A stretch of 64,000 nt of DNA from Octopus vulgaris (GCA_951406725.2 OX597826.1:63116001-63180000); one strand, 5' to 3'. Shown: positions 1 through 15,587, counted from the stretch's first letter. Program-made: numbers and translations. The notes: a model not told the origin generated them from the letters alone.

Positions 1-30
<30 letters not shown>

Positions 31-32
<2 letters not shown>

Positions 33-194
33 CGGGCTTCTTTCAATATCTGTCTACCAAAATTCACTCACAATATTTTGGTCGGCCCGAAACTATAGTA
101 GAAGACAGTTGCCCAAGGTGCCGCGCAGTGGGACTGAATCTGAAACCATATTATTAGAAAACAAACTCCTTACCCCACAGGCACGTCTGCGCCT
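31..194 (-). mobile_element. SINE family A, 5' half (tRNA-like head)
   Basis: Reverse complement matches the head of the full copy at 39503-39933 (GTTCAGTCCCACTGCG...GGCAAGTGTCTTCTACTATAG...GAAAGAAGCCCGTC). Confidence 0.8.
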
Positions 195-378
195 GACTGA
201 AATAATATCTTTAGGAACGGTGAATCTCGAAGGAAATAAAGCTATAAATAATAGTGTGTAAGTATTGGCTTAACAACCTTTTGGGTAAAAAAGATGTATG
301 TATGTATGTATGTATGTATGTATGTATGTATGTATGTATGTATGTATGTATGTATGTATGTATGTATGTATGTATGTT

Positions 379-409
<31 letters not shown>

Positions 410-436
410 ATGTATGTATGTATGTATGTATGTATG

Positions 437-798
437 TCTCTTCTGTTTTTAATCAATTCAGTTCTTCCCCTGAAAAGGACCTGGTTTCTAAAAATAATTC
501 AAAGCTCCATCACTTTAAACCTGAGGAAAGTCTTGCATAGTTTTATTGCCCAGCTTACAGTATGTATTTTTGATGTACAAAAGAGTTGATTGATTTCTTT
601 TTCTAAAAATCCAAGCTTATTCAGACTGACAGTTAGGCATTACTTACAAAACAACGTGCTCCAATTATTATTCGTAAAAATATAAATTTGTAATCTGGAT
701 AAAGAAGCTGGATGTTTCGAAGCAGTTGTCCATAGTTATCTTCTGTCTCTTTGATTTTCAAAGAGACATTCACACCAGGAGGGCAGAACAGCTGACCT
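437..798 (-). mobile_element. 3' remnant of an R4/Dong-like (RLE endonuclease) non-LTR retrotransposon
   Basis: Minus-strand peptide PGVNVSLKIKETEDNYGQLLRNIQLLYPDYKFIFLRIIIGA, then (frameshifted) KLCKTFLRFKV*. This resembles the RLE C-terminus (K..KY..L...PIIIGALG). Flanked by (TATG)n tracts. Confidence 0.7.
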
Positions 799-1246
799 CT
801 ATGTGTGTTAGTATGTATGTATATATGTATGTATATATGTATGTATGTAAGCGTACCTATCATTGTTTGAGTACACCGGCTGAGATATTTACACCTAAAG
901 TACCTCAAAGTAAGCTCATTCATTAGAGTAAAAGAACGGCAAAATTAACACCAGGCTAATTACTATCAATATAATTAACAAAAAAGAAATTCTTAATGAC
1001 TTTACTCCAGCATGAACAAATGTCCAATGACTGAAACCTGTAAAAAAGAACAAAGATTAAGAGAATAAAAGATTAAGAGAATTATATAATGTCTGCCACG
1101 TTTTCATTTTCTAGTCTTTCCAATTTCCAGACAAACGCCATTAAGAAAACACAATTGCTTGTTTGCAGCATACAATTAATATTTGAAAACAAAATAAATT
1201 GTTTTGATATTATTATTATTACTATTACTATTATTATTATTATTAC

Positions 1247-1297
<51 letters not shown>

Positions 1298-1974
1298 CAT
1301 TATTATCATCATTATTGTTATTACTATTATCATCATCATCATCATCATCTTTTTCATCTTTTTCGTCTTCTTTTTCTTCTTCTGCATCTTCATCCTCATT
1401 ATCACCTTCTCTCCTCCTCTTCCTCCTCCTCCTAATCCTCCTTCTTCTTCTTCCGTTTCATCATCATCATCTTTTTCTACTCCTACTATTGCTATTTTAT
1501 CACATTTCTTATTCGTTGATTCTCTTTTCTGTCTATTTCCATACATTTTTTTACATTATTTCTATTATATTTTTGTGCATTTTGCTACTTTTACTTTTTT
1601 CTCTTTTTTCATTCTTTTGTTCTTCCTCTAAAATTATTTTCCTTCACTTTTTTTTCTTTTTCCTTTATTGCTTTCGTTTTTTTTCTTTTCGTTTTTTTTT
1701 TTGTAATGTATTTCATTTGGTACTAATGTTGTTTAATATTTCCAATTACGTGTTGCGAGTGAGTGGCAGGATTAGTTCTAAGCAGGAATGTCTCTTCTAT
1801 TGATTTGCTGTAACATCTTGTCATAATAGCCTACTGTGCAATTCTAAATCTATGTAGACCAGAAGCAAGAAAGACTTCTACGTTTTTAATATCGTTTATG
1901 TTTTCGTGTTCACATGTACATAAGCATGTATATAAGTAAAAGTATACACGTATACATACATATGTGTATATGTG

Positions 1975-2023
<49 letters not shown>

Positions 2024-2188
2024 GCACGTACATACGTATAAATGTGTCTGTCTGGGCGTGTATTCATATATACATATATATACACACATATATACATATA
2101 TTAGTGTGTGTGTGTGAGTATATATATATATGTGCATAAATGTATGTACATACATATATATGCATATATATATGTGATGTTAGTGTGT

Positions 2189-2218
<30 letters not shown>

Positions 2219-2222
<4 letters not shown>

Positions 2223-2622
2223 CTGAGGGGTAAGAAGTTTCCTTCCCAATCACATGGTTCCGGATTCAGTCCTACTGCAGGGCACCTTGAGCCAGTGTCT
2301 TCTACTATATCCTCCGGCCGACCAAGGCTTTGAGAGTGGATTTAGTAGATGGAAACTGAAAGAAGCCCGTCATATGTGTGTGAGTGTGGGTGTGTATATT
2401 TGTATGTATGTGTGTGTATTTGCTAGTTTGTCCCGCCACCATCGCTTGACAACCGATTCTGGTGTGTTTACGGTCCAGTAACTTAGCGGTTCGGCATATG
2501 AGACCGATATAATAAGTACTAGGCTTACAAAGAATAATTCCTGCCATCGATTTGTTCGACTAAAGGTGGTGCTCCAGCATGGTCGCCGTCAAATGACTGA
2601 AACAAATAAAAGAGTAAAAGAA
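2219..2622 (+). mobile_element. SINE family A, near full length
   Basis: Head, internal (TG)n and tail CTAAAGGTGGTGCTCCAGCATGG...ATGACTGAAACAAATAAAAGAG match 39503-39933. A further 3' fragment lies at about 2707-2830. Confidence 0.85.
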
Positions 2623-3012
2623 TATGTAAATATATATATATATGTGTGTGTTCAAACATATATATGTATACACACACACATACATACATACATATATATT
2701 TATATATAGCAGTTCAGCAAAAATAACGATAGAATAACTACTAGGCTTACTAAAAAGAATAATTCGATTTGTTCAACTAAGGTGGTGCTCCAGCATAGCC
2801 GCTGTCAAATGACTGAAACAAATAAAAGAATAATAGAACAAAAGAATAAGTAAATATATAGATAGATAGATAGATAGATATATACATACATACAGACAGA
2901 CATACATATATGTATACACACACACTCATATATATATATACACATATATACATACACAAATACATACATACATACATACATACATACATACATACATACA
3001 TACATACATACA

Positions 3013-3046
<34 letters not shown>

Positions 3047-3051
3047 CATAC

Positions 3052-3232
3052 ATACTCGCAAGGTGAGAGGTGCGTGTTAAATCGAACGACGGATTCGCTC
3101 TTCCATCCATGTAGGCCTTGGTTAGAAGATGTAGAATGGGAACCAATACTTGCAACGCACCGTGTCCGGCGTTCTTGCAATTCCATCAATCCAACGCCAC
3201 GAAATGATACTAAGGGTGTACGTGTCTCTGTT
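3052..3232 (-). mobile_element. possible mariner transposase C-terminal remnant
   Basis: Minus peptide SFRGVGLMELQERRTRCVASIGSH loosely resembles the mariner C-terminus (F..G...L..RW..CV...G.Y). Confidence 0.35.
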
Positions 3233-3250
3233 CTTGATATGTGTATCTGT

Positions 3251-3351
<101 letters not shown>

Positions 3352-4222
3352 TGCGTGCGTGCGCGATTGCAAAACAAAATTTGTTTGTACAGCTATCACC
3401 ATTTATTTCTGACTCATTCATCACTGGTCCGGAATAACAACGTACGTGAAGTTTCAACCGTGTTACGCTTATCACGAATTGATCTGTGGGTGCAAGTTTG
3501 TGCTTGGACTTCGAAAGCGTGCCCCATTGACCATTTACAATGTTCAGGACAACTTGAGGTCTCTGAATAAAATCTATTGTACCAATAGTCTCTTATTCAG
3601 TTATCACTGATTCATTTAACACGGTGTACTTTGGAACGAAACACTCGTGATGAACGAGGACAGATGTACTTGTTTTACAAGTACTATTCAGAGAAATAGG
3701 TTTAGAATAAACGCGTATGCATGAGTGTCAGAGGAGTCTGTGTAGGTGTATGCATGTGTAACTTGATATCTCTGTAATTAAGCCCATGTGTCTATGATTG
3801 TGAGTGAATGTGTAAATGTGTGACTTCATACGTGTAAGCGTGATATGTATGTGCTTGTGTGTGGAGGATAGGGAGAGGTGTGTGTATGTTCCGTAAAAAT
3901 CATTTTGAAACAACACATATTTTGGTGGACTATAAAAATCGAAATCTTCTTTAATTATAACTTCATTATAGATTTAATTAGAAATTAATTAGAAACTAAA
4001 AAGATTGTGGGCGTAATTAAAGGGAGTCCTAAATAAAATTGATTATAGCTTTCATGAGTTCTATTACTCGCATCAATAGTTGGTTTCTAGAGTTTAGGTT
4101 ATATTTAAACAAATCCTTCTGCGTAACATATGAGAGAACAGTGAGTTCTGATTCTTACCAAAAGTGTCCACTTTAACAATGTTCATCTAATCGCCCAATG
4201 AAAAGTTAATACGAATGTCCCC

Positions 4223-4817
4223 TAGTGCCGCCTCAGCAGCATTATAGGCTCCTAGGCAAATCAGTGCGCAGGGCTCTGAAGTATTTATTTATTGTCACCA
4301 AACCGTAATATACAGAGATCAGAACTGGAGCCACCTAGACACATGAGGCAGACAAGCAAATCAACTCACTTGTCCTTATAGTATTTATTTACTGATAGCA
4401 GGCCACAACATCCAGAGATAAGAATTGGAGCCCGAGACTCGTGTGGTCCATAAGCAAATCAACTCACTCGTCCTTATAATATTTATTTAATGATAGCAAA
4501 CCACAACATCCAGAGATAAGAACTGGGGGCGGGGTTAGACACGTAAGGCCCATAAGCAAATCAACTCATTCTTGTAGCATTTATTTCACAATAGCAAACG
4601 TCAACACACAGAGATGAGAATTGAGGCCCCTAGATACCAGTGAGGCCCCCAAGTATATCAATGCACTGGTCCCTGTAATATTTATTTATTGACAGCAAAC
4701 CACAACATGCAAAAATCAGAAATGGGGTCCCCCCAAACACATGATGACCCCATGAAAATCAATGCTCTGGGTCCTATAATATTTATTTATTGACAGCAGA
4801 TTACAACGTACGTAGAT
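4223..4817. repeat. degenerate tandem repeat, about 100-bp unit, about 5.5 copies
   Basis: GCAAATCA...TATTTATTT...AGCAAACCACAACA...CAGAGATAAGAA recurs at about 4256, 4356, 4454, 4556, 4652 and 4754. Confidence 0.85.
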
Positions 4818-5221
4818 GCATTAAAGAATACTTTACATTTGTATAGTCCTGTAATATATAAGCCTCTGTGTGTGAGTGTGTTTACCCACTTCACTCTTGA
4901 GTTTTCTCTGGAGGTTATCTTTAATTTATGAATGTGGTAAGAGGTTCACAAAAATGTTGGTTGTTTTCTACGAGAAAAAGTGTTTTCTACGCGTCGCTTT
5001 TTTCACTTAATTCAGACGATGAGTATGGGAAACTCCTGAAATGTTAGGTTTACTTAATAAAAAAAAAGTATTATTAAGTATTATATTTTTTCTGATGCAA
5101 AGGAGATGTAACAAAATGTGAAAAATCATTGATAAAAAATATTGAATTGAACACAGTCGTGTCTTTAGCGTAATGTTTGAAAAGAGAAGTCATGCTTTTC
5201 CTTCAATGTATATACGTAAAT

Positions 5222-5298
<77 letters not shown>

Positions 5299-5359
5299 TA
5301 TTGATAGATAGTTAGATAGATAGATAGACAGACATACAAACAGATAGATAGATAGATAA

Positions 5360-5424
<65 letters not shown>

Positions 5425-5813
5425 AACACACACACACACACACACTGAGTTAGGCAGACAGTCATGAATGAAAATACACAAAGGAGAATCAACTAAAGAG
5501 GAATGCAATCAAAAGACAGCCAAAACAACTACATTTTCTAATTCTTTTGCAAAATATGTCTTTTACTAACAGAACCTCTGGCACTCTGGAAAACCTAACT
5601 GAAATTGGCATAAAGCACTATATACAATTATTACTACCCTCTGGATACCATTAAGTCATGCACGCATATAATCCGACTGCAAAAAGAAAAGCACAAGTGC
5701 TGTGTATCTGTCTGTATATAGTGAGCATTTGAGTGGCAGGCTTGTGCGTTTATATACGTCTGGTTCATTGTGTATGAGAGAAGGAGTATACATATATACA
5801 TATATATATATAT

Positions 5814-5848
<35 letters not shown>

Positions 5849-5915
5849 GACAGAGAAAGAGAGGGAGGAAGCGAGTGAGTGAGAGACACGCAGAGAGAAT
5901 GACACACAGAGAGTG

Positions 5916-5952
<37 letters not shown>

Positions 5953-6381
5953 CGTACATGCATGTATGTTTGCGTGGGTTCCTATAATATATACATATAT
6001 ATATATACATACATACATACATACATACATACATACATACATACATACATACATACATACATACATGCATGCATACATACTTACATACATACATATATAC
6101 ATACATATATATATATATATACATATACATATCTGCGTGTCGATGTTTCTTCTACACACACAAACACACACACACACACACACATGTCTATATTATATAT
6201 GCATATATGTATGTGTGTGTACGCATATCTACAATTGAAGCATATGTTTTATAGCATGTATATTCAGATGGATATATATGTGTGTATGTGTAAATATATA
6301 TATGAATATATACGTATACATATGAATACTGCATATTTATATCAATATATATATATATATTTATATATTTATATATTTATA

Positions 6382-6487
<106 letters not shown>

Positions 6488-7068
6488 TACACATATATCC
6501 TCTTGCATATACTTATATATGTGTGTTTGTACATAAATACATATGTGTATGCACTCGCATTTGTGTGTACACCCTATTCTGTAAGAGAAAAATAAGTGGG
6601 AAAGACATAAATAGTGAGAGAGAGCAAGTGCGACATATCATTTGCATTCTGTGTGAGAGCTTGAATTTACGTTTTCCTTCGATAGCATCTGATATTATAA
6701 GACTGTGCAATTCTTGCGAGGTGAATGAACGCGCTGCAAGACAGACATTGTGCCGGAATCGGTTAATGTGCTCCTTTGCATGGGTGTATCACCGTACGTG
6801 CATATATGTATATATTTTGGTGTGAATATGTGAACACGGGGAAAAGTATATGTGTAAAAACGTGCATTTTTGTATGTGCATGTGTATGAGAGTAGACATA
6901 TATAATAGTGCATCTGTGTTGGATCAATGTAAATGAAGCTAGATGCATATGTGGACGTATGTGTCAACGTCTATGTGTCTTTGTTTCTGCTTTTATGTGA
7001 GGTTTGTACGCATGTGCGTGCGTGTCTGTGTATATACATTTGTGAATATGTTATATATATAAATATAT

Positions 7069-7160
<92 letters not shown>

Positions 7161-7187
7161 GTAGGTAGATAGATAGATTGATTGATT

Positions 7188-7324
<137 letters not shown>

Positions 7325-7340
7325 GTAGGTAGATAGATAT

Positions 7341-8105
7341 GTTTCTTTATTAGCTACACAGGGCTGCACACAGATAGAACAAATTACAAGGTAGAGCTTT
7401 TCTTTTGAATGTTTAAAAAAAAAAAAAAAAAAGAAAGGTAAGGGGGAGTTTCGATCAAAAGGGATCGTAAAAGGAGAGAAGGAGGACAAAAAAAGGGGGG
7501 TTAAAAAAAGGGGGAGAGGAAAAAAAAAAAAAAAAAAAAAAAAATTGATCAATAGGGATCGTTATCACAGAAATGTCAATATGAAGTGTAAAGGGGAGGA
7601 CAGGTGAGGTTTACCCGTGGAAAGAAAAGCCTACGGAAAAGACCACGGTAACCTCGGTCAATGAAGTCACATTTTATATTTCTTTTTTTTTTTTTTTTTT
7701 TTTTTGCAAATAAGCAACTCTCTGTTTTCGATTTCTGGGTTCATAGGACTATGCTCAAGGTGGCTTCGTCATTCATACGTGCCATTCTTGCTACATTCAC
7801 CCATCTTTTTTTAAAACATTCGCTAGACAAAACTTGCCTCTCTACTCTCACTTTCCTTTTCAAGTGGTACTTGAAGAAGTTGATGAGAGATTGACCAGAG
7901 AGGAAAGTGTTTGTCTCCAATCCTTTCAGACGCGTCCACCAGATACATTCTTTCGCCATAGCCACAAGGATGATGAAAATAGCTCTTCCTTCCCGTTTGA
8001 AGGAAGGAGGCGTGACAATATTGACGATAGACTCAGCTGATAAACCGACTCGTCCCACACGTGACAGCAGTTGTTCGACATAAGCCCACAGGTCGGAAAT
8101 TGTTA
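7341..8105 (-). mobile_element. 5'-truncated Tx1/L1-clade LINE (ORF2 C-terminus plus 3' UTR) inserted in (GATA)n
   Basis: Peptide LWAYVEQLLSR...LVAMAKECIWWTRLK...FKKRWVNV fits the L1/Tx1 C-terminal pattern (W..V...AK..IW..R...F...W). The 3' UTR ends AATAAAGAAAC, with (GATA)n on both sides. Confidence 0.75.
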
Positions 8106-8115
8106 TTGATTGATT

Positions 8116-8219
<104 letters not shown>

Positions 8220-8547
8220 TACATATATATGAGTGTGTATATGTGCGGATTATTATGGTCGTGCAAGAAACTATGGAAATACTGACGTGCCAAATACCGA
8301 TGCATGTGTAATTATTGTTTCTGCGATCTTGACAACACGCAAAGTATTCGATACTAAATAATGCTTTATCATAAATATACGCGGACGTTTCAACACATAT
8401 ACAGTGTATTGTATTACAGCGTTTTATGTACGCACATGGCTGTAAATGTATGTGTATACACATATACATTTACATACATATTATGTATATATACATTGTG
8501 TATATATATGTGTGTGTGTCTATGTGTGTGTATATATATATATCTTA

Positions 8548-8641
<94 letters not shown>

Positions 8642-8746
8642 AGCGTGTATTATGTACGTATGTTTATATATATATATTATATATATATATATAAATATAT
8701 ATATATGTATGTATGTATGTATGAATATATATATATATAAAATCTA

Positions 8747-8816
<70 letters not shown>

Positions 8817-8859
8817 GCTATGTATATATACATATGTATGCAGCTATATCTCCCATGCT

Positions 8860-9112
8860 GTCCTTCTCGCGTCTGACCACTGTCCGAAGTCAGGACGCCA
8901 TGATAGATCGTTAGCTCCTACACGCATTCTTTACTCTCCTTGTTTGTATCCTTGTTTTTTTTTTTCTGTGTATCTTTCTGTCGAAGAGCGTAGGCTCGAA
9001 ACGTAAAATACTTTTTCTATTTCTATTCCTGAGCGCCATACTAATACATTTGTTTGTTTGTACTCCACCTGCCTTCGTCTTTTGTTTATTTTCGTAAACC
9101 TTCCCGTTATAC
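8860..9112 (+). mobile_element. short Penelope-like (pLTR-type) fragment with hammerhead-like motif
   Basis: GAAGAGC-N4-GCTCGAAACGTAAAA...GAGCG...CTAATAC is shared with 47709-47838 and 50852-51068. Adjacent to TA-rich repeats. Confidence 0.55.
8970..9011 (+). ncRNA. minimal type-I hammerhead-like fold, core CUGUCGA
   Basis: UUU-[CUGUCGA]-A-GAGC(GUAG)GCUC-GAAA-CGUA^AAA: stem I UUU/AAA, 4-bp stem II, palindromic ACGU stem III. Confidence 0.5.
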
Positions 9113-9883
9113 ATAAATACCTTGAGGAGTACAGAAACAGATAGGTAGATTTTTATTTAGAAGGAGCCAACCAGACAGCGCAAATTAGCCGACAAGCAGT
9201 CGGTTTAAACAAAGGTACAAATACATATATGCAAGTAGAGTCATCTGTGTGCATGGGAGAGTGAGAGAGAGAGAGAGAGAGAAGCGGACAGACAGACACA
9301 CACACACACACACACACACACACAGCTCCCGCATTTAGTTGAAACCTATCAGCCTTTACTCACGAGTCGCTCCTCACTGTATGTGTCGTCAGACGGCAGC
9401 CATAGCAAAAAAAATAGTATTACCTGTCTTGTTTATGTTTCTTTCGCTCGATACACATAGTGTATGTTTTATGTATGTATATATGCATGTATGTATGTAT
9501 GTATGTATGTATGTATGTATGTATGTATGTATGTATGTGTATGTATGTGTGTATGTGTGTATGTATGTATGTATGTATGTATGTATGTATGTATGTATGT
9601 GTGTATGTGTGTATGTATGTATGTATGTATGTATGTGTGTATGTATGTATGTATGTATGTATGTGTGTATGTATGTGTGTATGTATGTATGTATGTATGT
9701 ATGTGTGTATGTATGCATGTATGTATGTATGTATGTATGTATGTATGTGTGTATGTGTGTATGTATGTATGTATGTATGTATGTATGTGTGTATGTATGT
9801 ATATATGTATGTGTGTATGTATGTGTGTGTGCGTGTGTGTGTGTTTGTGTCTGAGTGTGTGTTGTGTGTGTGCATATATATAT

Positions 9884-10238
9884 ATTCTTTTATTCTTTTA
9901 CTTGTTTCAGTCATTTGACTGCGGATATACTTGAGTACCACCTTTAGTCGAACAAATCTACCCTAGATCTAATTCTTTGTAAGCCGAGTACTTATTCTAT
10001 CGGTCTCTTTAGCCGAACCACAAAGTTATGGGGACGTAAACACACCAACAACGGTTATCAAGTGATGGTGGGGAACAAAACACACACACACACATGCACA
10101 CAGATACATATATATATACGACGGGCTTCTTTCAGTTTCCGTCTACCAAAACCACTCACACGGATTTGGTCAGCTCGAGGCCAAAGGTGCCACGCAGTGG
10201 GACTGAACCCGGAACCATATAACTGGGAAGCAAGCTTC
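9884..10238 (-). mobile_element. SINE family A
   Basis: Reverse complement of the family A tail, body and head, with an internal deletion. Confidence 0.85.
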
Positions 10239-10956
10239 TTTATTTCCTTATATTGGCCATAAAGGCCTTACATAGTGAAAGGAAGCTGCGGGCTGGACAT
10301 ATACATAATATTATATGAAATGAAAAATGAAAATGATGATTAATGGGGTAAATAGCGATGCCTCCCATCGTTGTTTCCCGAGAACATTGATCTCTGATAT
10401 TATTCATGAGACAACAAACATCTTACACTGTTCACAATTCAATAACAAAATGAGGCACTAAGCCTCTTACCTTTTTTTCCCTAACTAAGAACTTTCAATA
10501 ACACTGAGGCTTTTCAACCTCTTATCCATATTCCTCCCCAACATCGCTTGTGACCTGATCCTCCGCCATCAACCACGCCTCATTTAAGTGCAAAGCGGGT
10601 GCCGTGTCGGCGTCGCACGTCCACAAGCAATATTCCTCATTGAGTCCTTCCAGCCTACGCAACACGGGAAACGTTATGACCTCCACAGCTATCTACGGAG
10701 GCCATTCCTGTCCTGTGTGCAGACTAAAGGTACTCCCTTATGGTGCTTTTCCAAAACCTTCTCCACCTCTGTAGAAGAAGACCAATAATTTGTCTTCCTC
10801 CGGAGACAAGATAGTTACTTCTACCGTCGGTCGGCGGCACAATTCCCACCGACGTCAGAGGATCCAACATTGAAGGAGATCCGTACATTTTTGAAATTAA
10901 TGAATATTTCTCCTGAAAAAGTCTGAAAACTTCTGGAATGCACCTTATGTTTGTGT

Positions 10957-11059
<103 letters not shown>

Positions 11060-12429
11060 TATGTGTGTGTGTGTATACATACATATATACATATAAAAAT
11101 ATATATATATAAACATACATATGTATGTATGCATGCATGTATGTATGTATGTATGTATGAGTCAGTCAGTGAGTGAGTGAGTGCGCAGAGCAAGCCATCA
11201 AAGTGACACTGGGGTAAAATATACGAAGCCCAGTTTACCCACCATGACTACCCGTCTGCTAAGGGTACACCAGGCACATGCATCACAGACATATGTGCGT
11301 TTCATGGTGATCTCATATCAAGATTAACAGCACATTACCTTGCAGGTGGGACCCAGTTAGAATTTTCTTCAGGTCGAGTAGCCCATCCCACTCAAAAGGT
11401 CTCTAAATAAAGGTTGTTTAAAGATGATGAACAAAACACCCGTTTCCAGAGCTGAATTATCCAAACCCCAAAGAATTCCGCTCAACACATGGCTATGATG
11501 CTCCTCCACTACTTCCGCTTCTGATCAGAGATGCACATATCGTCAGCCACTAAGCGACATGCTCAACTGGTCAAGGTCAAGCAACCGACAAGTAAATCTG
11601 TGATATTGAGCAGAATATTTGCTGTAGCCCATCTTTTATACCAAGACAAAGTGCATGATAACTGTCATATATGACGTGTTTGATGCTAAGTGGGAATATT
11701 TAGCATTTTACAATTTGGGGCAAAATCCTCTTTAAATTTTCCAAAGAATATTGATGTTTTAACTTCGTATGTTTTGTGAATCAGTGAAATATTTAGAAAT
11801 TTGGAAACGTATTTAGGTGAAATATTATTGTTTAGTAAGTGTTGATGCAATGAAACAAGAAGACAATTGGCATTTTTTTTTATTATAAATTTATAGCTAG
11901 TTTATAGATTTAATTGTTTAGGAACTTGAATGCATTATTCAAGTGAAATATCGAACGTAAATATATTGACAGAAAATCGCTTTTATTTTTTAGATTTTTG
12001 TTTGTAAAACTAATGTAACTTCACAAAACAACTCAAAAAAGCAATCAGAAAAGAAAATGAAACGGCATACAAGTCCATCACAAGCGACCTTCCTTATCAG
12101 GCGGCTATTTGTTCTACAACTCTTGGAACCTGTTTGACCATCTCTTACATCTTTATCTCAAACCTCTCTTTGGTTTTTTGCTTTCATTTTTGTTTTGTTT
12201 TTATTTATTTATTTATTCTTTTGCATGGCTAGAGATGAAGTTTCAAACATAACTTTAAGATGAAAACTTAGGCTTTGAAATTTGGTTGAATATTCCCTTC
12301 TAACGATGGTGTCAAGTGTGTGCGTGTGTGTTTGTGTGTGTGTTTGTATGAGTTTCTGTGTGTGTGTGTGTGTGTTTGTATGTGTTTTTCTGTGTGTGTA
12401 TGTGTGTGTGTGTGTGTGCATGATTTTCC

Positions 12430-12880
12430 TTTTGCCAAACTGCTCCCCCATAACACAACTTCATCTTCGTCTGTTCCTTGCAAATTATCCAGTTCCTATA
12501 TTTCTCTTTTGTTATGCCACACATATATAACTCCACCAAATTTTAAAAATTAGCAAAATTTACTTCCGTCGAACCTGATTATAAATGACCAACACTTGTC
12601 TTCCTTGTCCTAAAATTCCATAGGTCTTATTTGCCTTTAAGATCATTGGCTTCCGTCTTGCAACTCTTCGTTGATATCCAACGTCTTTAAATATTTTCTT
12701 ATGCAATACAGCAACATACCCATAACATTTGCAACCTCTGTAACAGTTGCACGTCGCTATGTAATAACTTCTTTCTTGAATGCCTTGCATGTTCTCTCTG
12801 AGAAACTGTTTCTGGCCTTCCTAATGTCTTTTTCACTCAACAATGCCCTTCTTCCCTTTACTCACTACCTCGTTATCCAC
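12430..12880 (-). pseudogene. decayed Tc1-like transposase fragment
   Basis: Peptides FKDVGYQRRVARRKPMILKANK (Tc1 HTH linker) and TDEDEVVLWG (first catalytic Asp region), broken by frameshifts. Confidence 0.55.
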
Positions 12881-13355
12881 ATGCCCGCCTACGTATTCTT
12901 TTTTCTCATCTATCTAAATTCAAATACTTTTCCCTGTGATTCCTGCATTTTATCCAGTCCCTCTACGCCACCAGCAACCACCCCACACGCACACACACAC
13001 ATTTTCAGTTACTCTTCTGGGTGACCCTGAACCTAAGCATTCCATCAAACTCCCCATTAACTATCAAAGACGTCTCCCCGTTTGAGTTATGTTCTGACTG
13101 GATTTTCTGCATTGACACCAAGAGATGACTTACTCAGGGATATATTCATTTATATCTTTCTTTCAGACTGGTTTCCATTGCTCTGTGTTTATCCAATATC
13201 AGTTAGATATTAATTCTAAAATACTATTAAATTCATATATGTAACTGTGAATATGTAAGAGCTAATCTATGTGGAAGAAAATAACGAAAAATCAACGGGT
13301 AGCAACAAGAAATTTTCATAGCTTATCGTTTTGTATATATTGATAAAACTAGCGT

Positions 13356-13426
<71 letters not shown>

Positions 13427-13532
13427 TGCGCTTCTGTGAATAAATATACATGTATTTGTGTGTGTCTGTGTGTGTGTGTGTTTGTGTGTCCGTGTGTGTG
13501 TGTGTGTATGTGTATTTAAGGGTACGCATATT

Positions 13533-13571
<39 letters not shown>

Positions 13572-13849
13572 ATGTGTGTACATACATATGATGTGTAAGC
13601 ATATGTATACACATACATATGTCTATAAGATTAAATGGATTTAAATATATGTATGTATGCATATATATATACACACACACACGGGTGTAGATAAAAAGAT
13701 AGATAGATATACACACATATACACAAACGCATATATGTATACATAGGTGTGTTTGTGAGTGTTTGTGTGTATGTATGTGTATGTGTATGTGTATGTGTGT
13801 TTTTGTGTGTTTGTGTGTGTTTGTGTGTGTGTCTGTATGTCTCTCTCTC

Positions 13850-13887
<38 letters not shown>

Positions 13888-14389
13888 TGTATGTCTCTGT
13901 GTTTGTGTGTGTTTGTGTATATGTGTGTGTGCGTGTGAGTTACTATATATGAATATACAATGGGTGTATAAACATTTGATTACGTAGGTATGTGTCAATT
14001 GTTGCGTTTGTCGCAGGAGTGACGAGCGTTTGCGTATGTCTCTGTGTGTGTGGGTTTGTCCGTCTGTCTGTCTGGTCTGCCTGAATTTCCATCTTTATTC
14101 CTCGTGTTTGAACCTCATACGGCTTAAAAACATTTTTAAATAAAACTTACAGAAAAAAAGAAAATCGAAAACAATAACAATAACAATATATTAATACAGA
14201 AAAAAAAAAATAATATAAACACAAATAATTGACAATGTTTTAAAATAAAGAGGAACACAAATATATTTTGATATTATTGGATATGATTATAAATGAACTT
14301 ATAATGTTTACCAGTGTTTCTTTTAGATATGTTTGAATGCCGTTGCTATTATTGTTGTTCTTTGGTCTGGCTTCTGCTGTCCTTTGTGA

Positions 14390-14442
<53 letters not shown>

Positions 14443-14721
14443 AATGTAGCTTTTATTTAATATCTTGTTCTAGTGTTAAGACGAGGAAATATGAATGCGC
14501 ATTGAATACAAAATATCTTTTTGAAACATATATGTGTGTATATACAAAAATACATATCTATCTTCATATATATATATATATAAATATGTGTGTGTATACA
14601 TATACATATATATATACATATGTACATTAAAATATGTGTGTGTGTGTATGCGTGTGTGTGTGTGCATATATATACGCATACACAAATACACACTTATATA
14701 TATGTATGTGCATAGATATAT

Positions 14722-14758
<37 letters not shown>

Positions 14759-14833
14759 TGCAGGCAGGCAGTCAGGCATACAGACAGGCAGACAGGCAGA
14801 CAGGCAGACAGACAGGCAGACAGACAGACAGAC

Positions 14834-14904
<71 letters not shown>

Positions 14905-14929
14905 TAGACAAACAGACAGACAGACAGAC

Positions 14930-15018
<89 letters not shown>

Positions 15019-15223
15019 TTCATGTGGCTGGAAGTGATAGTTATAGATCTCGAACAGCAACGAGCGCATCAATAGTAATTACAATAAGCACAAAAGTAAT
15101 AACATCAGCTAAACATGAGGAATGAAGCAAAAAGAGATAGAAAAACGGTCACAAAGCAACATCAATAATACTATCAATATTAATAATTCTGCTATTGCTA
15201 ATAATAATAATAATAATAATAAT

Positions 15224-15587
15224 TGAGAAAATGTAGCATCTCAAGGCGGTTACAATACCAGTGATCGTAGGAGCACTAGGAATGATCAAGAAGGGAACCG
15301 AAAATTATATGAGAATGATCCCTGGCTTACCATCCCTGCAAGAAGTGCAAAAGATTGTCTTAACTGGTACATCACACGTATTGAGAAGAGCATTGTCGAT
15401 GTGAAAACTGTTGCTGCTCATGTATTTTAATTTAACTTTATTTCTATCAAAAAAAAAAAAATGAACGAACTAGTGAGTTTAGTTTAGTGGCCTACCAATG
15501 TATACTATGAGTTTCTTTGCCCGAGGAGTCGAGGAAGACACTTGGCAAGAAATGGAAGCAAATTTGAAAGAAGAAGAAAAACCCATA
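15224..15587 (+). mobile_element. 5'-truncated Dong/R4-clade LINE in (TAA)n
   Basis: Translates HLKAVTIPVIVGALGMIKKGTENYMRMIPGLPSLQEVQKIVLTGTSHVLRRALSM* (stop 15402-15404), followed by a 3' UTR. (TAA)n lies on both sides. Confidence 0.8.

Noticed and set aside
11185-11650. Repeat-like unique segment, possibly LINE-derived
   Set aside because: Single copy in the window with no diagnostic motif, so it cannot be classified from the sequence alone.
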